Shown: positions 55,909 through 61,868 of the stretch, piece by piece | Layout: each line of letters begins with the position of its first letter | Position numbering within the stretch: position 1 is the stretch's first letter | From: Candidatus Atribacteria bacterium | Lineage (GTDB): Bacteria > Atribacterota > Atribacteria > Atribacterales > JASGLU01 | DNA length: 61,868 nucleotides | NCBI GenBank assembly: GCA_030156825.1 | Contig: JASGLU010000002.1 | Location: forward strand, 1 to 61,868 | Reading direction: 5' to 3' | Made by a program: the position numbers and the translations under genes | The notes under the pieces: generated by a model | Databases searched by the model: none | What the model saw: the letters and a program-made list of their open reading frames with translations, nothing else | Told to the model about the DNA's origin: nothing

Positions 55909-57225
55909 ATGAAAAAAGGATTAACTTTTGCTATAAAAACTTTCGGCTGTCAGATGAATAAGAGCCGATCGGAGCACCTGGTTCATCTTTTGGAAAACGA
56001 AGGGTTTTCCCTGGGGGATAAGGATTCGGCTCAAATTTTAATTTTTAATACCTGTGCGGTGCGAGAGCACGCGGTGGAAAAAGCGGTAAGTATTATTTCT
56101 TGTCTATCCCGCCGCAATTCATCTCCTTATCCTCTGATCGTAGTTTGTGGATGTATGAGCCAGCTTTATCGAGAAAAGTTGTTAAAACGGGTACCAGCAG
56201 TTGACATTTTGGTAGGTACCCATAATTTAGAAAATTTACCCGAACTTATTACCAGAAGACTGGAAGAGCAGGAAAAAGTCGTTTCTTTTTGGGAAGAGGC
56301 TCCTTTTGAATTTCGAGAGGAAGGTTATCGCCGGACTACTGAAATTTCTACTTTTCTTCCTATCAGTTATGGATGCGATAATTTTTGCAGTTATTGCGTT
56401 GTTCCCTATACTACCGGTCGACTCAGAAGTAAGCCCCAAGGACTGATTTTGAAAGAGTTGGAAAAAATAATCGAGGAAGGGTTTAAAGAGGTAATCCTTT
56501 TAGGTCAAAACGTAAATGCCTATGGGAAAGATTTAGCTTCTCCTTCCTCTTGTTCTTTTATAAACCTGTTGGATACCATTGAAGACCGATGGGGGAGAGA
56601 GAAAATTTGGATTGGATTTTTGACTTCTCACCCGAAAGATATGACTCGAGGTATAGTGGAAAGAGTAAGGGAGAGCCGAGTGCTTAAACCCTACTTTCAC
56701 TTTCCACTGCAGGCCGGATCCAACCGGGTTTTGAAGCGTATGAATCGAAAATATACCCAGAAACAATACTTGGAAATGGCTGCTTTTATTCGAGAAGCCA
56801 TTCCGGAAGCTGGTATCGGTACTGACCTTATTGTCGGCTTTCCTGGAGAGGAAGAACGGGATTTCGAGGAAACTTTAAAAGTAGTGGAAGAGGTAAAATT
56901 TGAAGTAGCTTATACTTATTTATATTCTCCTCGTCCTGGTACTGCTGCTGCCCAGCTGGCAGATGATGTTCCTCTTTCTTCTAAGAAAGAGAGGTTACAG
57001 AAACTTAACAGCTTGCTTCGTCAATTACATCGGCAAAGAGTGCAAAACTTAGTTGCTACCAAAACTACTATTCTGATAGATAAAAAAGAAGCAAATTGGG
57101 TATCAGGGAGAACCAAAAGCAACTTACGAGTATACCTGCGGGACTCTTCTAAAAAATTGGGGTCTTTTGCTGAGGTAATAATCTCTCATACTGAAGGGAA
57201 CAAGTTATGGGGTGAGCTAATTTGA
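55909..57225 (+). CDS. miaB: tRNA-2-methylthio-N6-dimethylallyladenosine synthase
   Basis: TFGCQMN, radical-SAM CDNFCSYCVVPYTTGR and a TRAM domain. It is followed by miaA. Confidence 0.9.
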   Translation: MKKGLTFAIKTFGCQMNKSRSEHLVHLLENEGFSLGDKDSAQILIFNTCAVREHAVEKAVSIISCLSRRNSSPYPLIVVCGCMSQLYREKLLKRVPAVDILVGTHNLENLPELITRRLEEQEKVVSFWEEAPFEFREEGYRRTTEISTFLPISYGCDNFCSYCVVPYTTGRLRSKPQGLILKELEKIIEEGFKEVILLGQNVNAYGKDLASPSSCSFINLLDTIEDRWGREKIWIGFLTSHPKDMTRGIVERVRESRVLKPYFHFPLQAGSNRVLKRMNRKYTQKQYLEMAAFIREAIPEAGIGTDLIVGFPGEEERDFEETLKVVEEVKFEVAYTYLYSPRPGTAAAQLADDVPLSSKKERLQKLNSLLRQLHRQRVQNLVATKTTILIDKKEANWVSGRTKSNLRVYLRDSSKKLGSFAEVIISHTEGNKLWGELI

Positions 57226-57263
57226 TTTCCTCTTATTCGGAAAAAAGAGGAAAAGAGTTAGCC

Positions 57264-58196
57264 ATGGCTAAAAAAATGAAACCGGTGTGTATCGTAGGGC
57301 CCACTGCTACCGGCAAGACCTGGCTTTCCCTGGCTCTGGCCGAGCGAATTCCTTCCTTGGAAATAATATACGCCGACTCGATGGCGATTTATCGATACTT
57401 AGATGTGGGAACGGATAAACCTTCACCGGAGGAGAGGGGAACCATACCTCACCATCTGGTAGACTTCTTAGACCCCCAAGAGCGATGGAGTGCTTTTCAA
57501 TTTAAGAGGGAAGCCCAAAAGTTAACTCGGGCTATTTTCGATCGAGGAAATTTTCCGTTGATAGTGGGGGGGACCGCTTTCTATTTGAACACCTTTTTAA
57601 CCTCTTTTGCGCCGGCAGGGGTTCCGGCCGATTGGCGGATTAGAAAAACTCTGGAACAATTGGCAAATGAGCAACTTTTTTCTCTTTTGAAGGAAATCGA
57701 TCCTCGAAGAGCAATTAAAGTAGGCAAACAGGATCGAAAAAGGCTTGTTCGAGCGCTGGAAATATTTTATAAAACTGGTTTACCTCCTTCTTTTTTTCAG
57801 CCTCAAAAAGGAAAGGTAAACAGTGAACATTCGCTTCTTATTGGTATCAGGTTCGATAAAGAAGAGCTTCAAGCAAAAATCAAAAAAAGGATTGATAGAA
57901 TGTTTGAACAAGGGATAGTAGAAGAAGTTCGGCTTCTCCTGGATAGAGGTTATGCTGAATCTGACCCAGGGCTGAACAATTTCACTTATCGGCCGGTGGT
58001 AAAATTGATTAAGGGGCAGTCAACTTTAGAAGAAACTAAAACGGCCATTTTCCAGGGCACTATGTCTTTGGTGAAAAGACAGAACAACTGGTTCAAAAAG
58101 GCTCCTATTTATTGGTTGGAGAGCAATCAGAACCGAGAGGAGTTGGTTGATCAAACCATTAATTTAATTAGGAAAAAAGGAGGATGGAAGAAGTGA
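57264..58196 (+). CDS. miaA: tRNA dimethylallyltransferase
   Basis: P-loop VGPTATGKT and IPHHLVD. The start is uncertain: ATG 57264, or the ORF-track TTG 57222 overlapping miaB. Confidence 0.88.
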   Translation: MAKKMKPVCIVGPTATGKTWLSLALAERIPSLEIIYADSMAIYRYLDVGTDKPSPEERGTIPHHLVDFLDPQERWSAFQFKREAQKLTRAIFDRGNFPLIVGGTAFYLNTFLTSFAPAGVPADWRIRKTLEQLANEQLFSLLKEIDPRRAIKVGKQDRKRLVRALEIFYKTGLPPSFFQPQKGKVNSEHSLLIGIRFDKEELQAKIKKRIDRMFEQGIVEEVRLLLDRGYAESDPGLNNFTYRPVVKLIKGQSTLEETKTAIFQGTMSLVKRQNNWFKKAPIYWLESNQNREELVDQTINLIRKKGGWKK

Positions 58197-58510
58197 GCGA
58201 AGAGAAAAAAGAAACGACTTTGGAACCGGGGAAGATCAGAGACTTGGGTTACTATTTCCTCAATCTTTTATCAGCCAAGGCCTGGCAATATATGGGATTG
58301 CTTGCTCATCCGGAAGACGGTCAAATTCATGTAGATTTAAAAGAGGCTAAACTGGCGATTGACCTTTATGCTCTTATCCTGAGAGGAATAAAAGAGGAGA
58401 TGACTCCAGGGGAAACGAATGAATTAGAAACTAACCTTTCTAATCTCCAGCTTAACTTTGTTCAGAAGAAAAAGGAAACGGATGAACAACAAATCTCCAA
58501 AAGTGAATGA
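58184..58510 (+). CDS. DUF1844-domain protein
   Basis: FLNLLSAKAWQYMGL...EAKLAIDLYALILRGIKEEMTPGE matches the DUF1844 pattern as I recall it. Confidence 0.7.
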   Translation: MEEVSEEKKETTLEPGKIRDLGYYFLNLLSAKAWQYMGLLAHPEDGQIHVDLKEAKLAIDLYALILRGIKEEMTPGETNELETNLSNLQLNFVQKKKETDEQQISKSE

Positions 58511-59274
58511 AAGGACAGTTACAAATGACAAAATCTGATCAAGCAGATGGATTTTTGCAAGGTAAAGTGGCTTTAATAACTGGTGCCAGTCGGGGTATTG
58601 GCCGAGCAATTGCCCAAACTTTAGCTCAAAAAGGGCTGAAGTTAGCTCTTAACGCTCGTTCTCTGGACCAGTTAAAAGAGGTTAAAGCGACATTAACTAC
58701 CGGAGAAGAGGAGGCTGTTTTGTGTCCCGGTGACCTGGGGGATTCTGCCACCCCCATTGCCGTAGTTAAAAAAGTCATCGATTATTTTGGTCAACTGGAT
58801 GTTCTGATTAACAATGCTGGGGTAGCTCTTGCAAAACCTCTGGCTGATACCACTTTAGAGGAATGGGATGAACAGATGGCGGTTAATGCCCGCGCTCCTT
58901 TTCTCCTTTGTCGGGAAGCAATTCCTTACCTCAAAAAATCAGAAGTAGCTACTATTGTAAACCTTTCTTCGGTGGTGGGGACCAAGGGTTATATAAATCA
59001 GGGGGCTTATACCGCTTCCAAACATGCTCTGATGGGTTTAACCAAGGTTTTAGCCCGAGAACTTCACTCTGAGGGAATAAGGGTACACGTGGTTGCCCCC
59101 GGAGGAGTGGCAACCGACCTTATCTCTACTATGCGGCCGGACCTTAAAGCGAATGACCTGATTCATCCGCAGGAAATTGCTGATATTGTCTGGTTCTTGC
59201 TTTCTCGGCGACGAGGAAAAGCGGTAATCGACGAGATAAACGTCCGTCGAGCCTCTAACCAACCCTGGAAGTAA
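58507..59274 (+). CDS. Short-chain dehydrogenase/reductase (classical SDR)
   Basis: TGASRGIG, NNAG and YTASK catalytic motifs. Confidence 0.88.
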   Translation: MKGQLQMTKSDQADGFLQGKVALITGASRGIGRAIAQTLAQKGLKLALNARSLDQLKEVKATLTTGEEEAVLCPGDLGDSATPIAVVKKVIDYFGQLDVLINNAGVALAKPLADTTLEEWDEQMAVNARAPFLLCREAIPYLKKSEVATIVNLSSVVGTKGYINQGAYTASKHALMGLTKVLARELHSEGIRVHVVAPGGVATDLISTMRPDLKANDLIHPQEIADIVWFLLSRRRGKAVIDEINVRRASNQPWK

Positions 59275-59312
59275 CTGCTACTAACTTAATCAAAATTTCT
59301 GGAAGTTTTTAC

Positions 59313-59348
59313 TTGACTTTTAGGCATTTAGGTATTATTATACCTAAA
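59313..59348 (+). promoter_or_regulatory. Predicted promoter of the rrf2-hcp unit overlapped by a 22-bp palindrome (candidate Rrf2 operator)
   Basis: TTGACT (59313-59318), N17, TATTAT (59336-59341). The palindrome TTTAGGTATTATTATACCTAAA (59327-59348) has 10 of 11 arm positions complementary. A half-site-like TTTAGGCA lies at 59319-59326. Confidence 0.5.
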
Positions 59349-59370
59349 ACAAAAAATGAAAGGATAAAAG

Positions 59371-59772
59371 ATGTCAATAATCGAATTGCGAGAAGCAGCC
59401 TCTTTAGCCATCCATAGCATGGTTATTCTGGCTAAAAACAAGGGGAATTTACTTACAGTTAAAGAAATGGCCGAAGAATGTGGAGCCTCTCAAGCACATT
59501 TAGCTAAGGTAATGCAAAGATTAGCTAAATCCGGTTTGGTTGTGGCCAACCGGGGTCCGAAGGGAGGCTATCAAATCTCCCCCGAAGGGGAGAATGCTAC
59601 CTTGCTTTCTATTTATGAAGCGCTTGAGGGCCCGGTCTTATCTAAAGAATGCTTCCTTAAGCAAAAAGTTTGCCCTTTTGAAAAATGTATTTTTGGAGGA
59701 GTTTTAGAAAAAGCAGAAAGGGAGATTAAGATCTATTTTGCTCAAACTAAGCTGAAAGATTTGGTTTTATAA
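59371..59772 (+). CDS. Rrf2-family transcriptional regulator (NsrR/IscR-like, with a Cys cluster)
   Basis: Rrf2 wHTH (AIHSMVILAKNKGNLLTVKEMAEECGASQAHLAKVMQRLAKSGLV) and C-terminal cysteines KECFLKQKVCPFEKC. Confidence 0.88.
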   Translation: MSIIELREAASLAIHSMVILAKNKGNLLTVKEMAEECGASQAHLAKVMQRLAKSGLVVANRGPKGGYQISPEGENATLLSIYEALEGPVLSKECFLKQKVCPFEKCIFGGVLEKAEREIKIYFAQTKLKDLVL

Positions 59773-59798
59773 AACTAACTTTAAGGAGGTGTAGTAAC

Positions 59799-61442
59799 TT
59801 GTTTTGTTATCAGTGTGAACAAACCGCAGGAGGAACCGGTTGCACCAATTTTGGAGTGTGTGGTAAGGACCCAGAAACGGCTGCCTTGCAGGATTTGCTG
59901 GTTTACGCTACCGAAGGAATTTCTATGTATGCCAAAAGAGCAAGGGATTTAGGTGCAAAGGAACGGGAGATTGATACCTTTATTCTAAAAGCACTTTTTA
60001 CTACCGTTACCAACGTAGATTTTGACGCTGAAAGGGTAAAAGATTTTATCCAGGAAGCTTATCAAATCAAAGAAAAAGCTAAAACTCTTTACCTTGAAGC
60101 TTGCAAAAAAAACGGAATCCCACCGGAGAATCTTACCGGACCTGCCAGCTGGACTCCGGCTGAAAACTTTACTCAATTGGTGAGACAAGGAGAAGAAGTA
60201 TCGCTGGAAAAAGATGTAGATAGTTTAGGAGAAACGATAGCTGGTGCTAAACATCTGATTCTCTATGGTCTCAAAGGTATGGCTGCTTATGCCGATCATG
60301 CCCAGATTTTAGGAGTGGAAGATGAAGAGGTGTATTCCTTCTTCCATAAAACCCTGGACTATCTGGCGGGTAATAATTTCACTACCGATGAACTCTTAGC
60401 TACTGCCTTGGAAGTGGGAAAGTATAATCTGCAGGTAATGGGAATGTTAGACCAGGCTCATACTTCTACTTATGGCCATCCGGTTCCTACTTCGGTGCGA
60501 GTGACTCCGGTTAGAGGGAAAGCAATAGCTATCTCCGGCCACGACCTGAAGGACTTGGAAGAACTTTTGAAACAGACCGAAGATACGGGCATTAATATTT
60601 ACACTCATGGGGAGATGTTACCCGCTCATGGCTATCCAGAGCTGAAAAAATACCCTCATTTAGTGGGAAACTATGGTAGCGCTTGGCAGAATCAACAAAA
60701 AGAATTTGATCTCTTCCCCGGGGCTATCCTTATGACTACCAATTGTATCCAAAAACCTAAGGCGAGTTATAAAGGAAGAATTTTTACCACCGGTTTAGTA
60801 GGCTGGCCGGAGGTAACTCATGTAAGTAATCGAGACTTCTCGCCCGTGATTGAAGCCGCTCTCCAGGAAGAAGGATTTACCGCCGATGAGCCGGGAGAGA
60901 ATATAATGGTAGGCTTTGCCCACAATGCAGTTTTGGGTGTAGCCGATAAAGTGATCGACGGGGTAAAAGCAGGTAAAATCCGTCACTTCTTTTTAATCGG
61001 AGGATGTGATGGAGCTAAACCAGGAAGAAATTACTATACCCAATTTGCCCAAATGGTTCCTGCAGATTGTGTTATCCTTACTTTAGCCTGTGGCAAATAT
61101 CGTTTCAATAAATTGAACTTTGGGGAGATTGATGGCATTCCTCGATTGCTGGATATTGGACAATGTAACGATGCTTATTCTGCCATTCAAATTGCGCTGG
61201 CACTGGCGGAAGCTTTTGATACCGATGTTAACTCTCTTCCACTTTCACTCATTCTTTCCTGGTATGAACAAAAAGCGGTAGTTATATTGCTGACCCTCTT
61301 ACATTTAGGCATAAAAAATATGCGTTTAGGCCCCAGTATGCCTGCTTTTGTGAAAGACCCGGTTTATCAGGTACTTAAGGACCAGTTTAATTTAGTTCCT
61401 ATTACCACTCCCGAAGAAGATTTGAAAGCCGTCTTGGGGTAA
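59799..61442 (+). CDS. hcp: Hybrid-cluster protein (hydroxylamine reductase)
   Basis: N-terminal cluster motif (M)FCYQCEQTAGGTGC and full-length Prismane-family similarity. TTG start after AAGGAGG. Confidence 0.93.
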   Translation: MFCYQCEQTAGGTGCTNFGVCGKDPETAALQDLLVYATEGISMYAKRARDLGAKEREIDTFILKALFTTVTNVDFDAERVKDFIQEAYQIKEKAKTLYLEACKKNGIPPENLTGPASWTPAENFTQLVRQGEEVSLEKDVDSLGETIAGAKHLILYGLKGMAAYADHAQILGVEDEEVYSFFHKTLDYLAGNNFTTDELLATALEVGKYNLQVMGMLDQAHTSTYGHPVPTSVRVTPVRGKAIAISGHDLKDLEELLKQTEDTGINIYTHGEMLPAHGYPELKKYPHLVGNYGSAWQNQQKEFDLFPGAILMTTNCIQKPKASYKGRIFTTGLVGWPEVTHVSNRDFSPVIEAALQEEGFTADEPGENIMVGFAHNAVLGVADKVIDGVKAGKIRHFFLIGGCDGAKPGRNYYTQFAQMVPADCVILTLACGKYRFNKLNFGEIDGIPRLLDIGQCNDAYSAIQIALALAEAFDTDVNSLPLSLILSWYEQKAVVILLTLLHLGIKNMRLGPSMPAFVKDPVYQVLKDQFNLVPITTPEEDLKAVLG

Positions 61443-61486
61443 AAGAAAAGAGGAACAGCTGGTTTCACTTTAGAGAGAGGTGGACT

Positions 61487-61816
61487 ATGAAAAAAATCGA
61501 GGTTAGCCGACTGTCGCCCATTCCCAAATCGAATAAGATAGTAGCTAAAAGAGTGTATGACGCTCCTCAAGCAGAAATTATGCATCTTACCATCGAGGTA
61601 GGAGAAACGGTTAAAAAACATACTACCCCGGTAGATGTGGTTTTTTATATCCTACGGGGCAAAGGAACGATAGAAATTGGCAACGAAGAAGAAACGGTAA
61701 CAGCAGATAACTTAGTTGAAAGTCCAGCGAATATCCCCCATGCTTTGAAAAACATAGGGGAAGAGCCCTTTTCCATTTTAGTAATTAAAATACCAAATCC
61801 AAACAAAAGAGGGTAA
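61487..61816 (+). CDS. Cupin-domain protein
   Basis: Small beta-barrel protein with a cupin-like metal-motif region (KKHTTPVDVVFYILRGKG...PANIPHALKN). Confidence 0.7.
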   Translation: MKKIEVSRLSPIPKSNKIVAKRVYDAPQAEIMHLTIEVGETVKKHTTPVDVVFYILRGKGTIEIGNEEETVTADNLVESPANIPHALKNIGEEPFSILVIKIPNPNKRG

Positions 61817-61850
61817 GCATTCAAAAAGTCGGGAACTATAAAAAGCCGCT

Positions 61851-61868
61851 GGGAGAGAATTCTCTCCC
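61851..61868 (+). terminator. Palindromic hairpin after the cupin gene, at the window edge
   Basis: GGGAGAGAATTCTCTCCC forms a 7-bp stem with an AATT loop. The downstream sequence is not visible. Confidence 0.35.

Overview
This is a bacterial chromosomal window. It is densely coding and mostly on the + strand, with housekeeping synteny resembling Firmicutes or deep-branching anaerobes. I cannot assign a taxon from sequence alone.

Gene content, left to right:
- PHP phosphoesterase, folD, a YfcE-like phosphoesterase and a GH57 glucan enzyme.
- glgC, a secreted DUF4384/Big_1 protein, hsp20, lon and an M42 peptidase.
- A GalT-like gene followed by a second glgC paralog.
- A parvulin PPIase, tldD, pmbA, ileS, a LysM/M23 peptidase and an HD hydrolase.
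- A minus-strand accessory block of about 12 kb: LacI regulator, family-5 SBP, two permeases, two ATPases, GH3 beta-glucosidase and a VOC protein. It also holds vapBC, a + strand GH1 beta-glucosidase and two decayed gene remnants.
- nusA-ylxR-infB-DUF503-rbfA-nrnA-truB-ribF-rpsO-pnp.
- ftsK, a rodZ-like gene, rimO and cinA-thpR-recA-recX-rny-ymdB-spoVS.
- miaB-miaA, DUF1844, an SDR and an Rrf2-hcp-cupin unit.

I saw no rRNA, tRNA, CRISPR array, transposase or phage genes.

The most unusual signal is non-coding: a modular repeat element at three loci (1-282, 17258-17514 and 33248-33428 inverted).
- It has a conserved core of about 115 nt. One internal hairpin has a completely different sequence in the two copies but still pairs.
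- The core contains an embedded -35/N17/TATAAT motif.
- It is followed by arrays of G5/C5 and CTGAGGAA/TTCCTCAG hairpins separated by T-rich linkers.
- I could not match it to any RNA family or IS end that I recognise.

All claims come from reading the sequence and ORF translations by eye. No database search was run.
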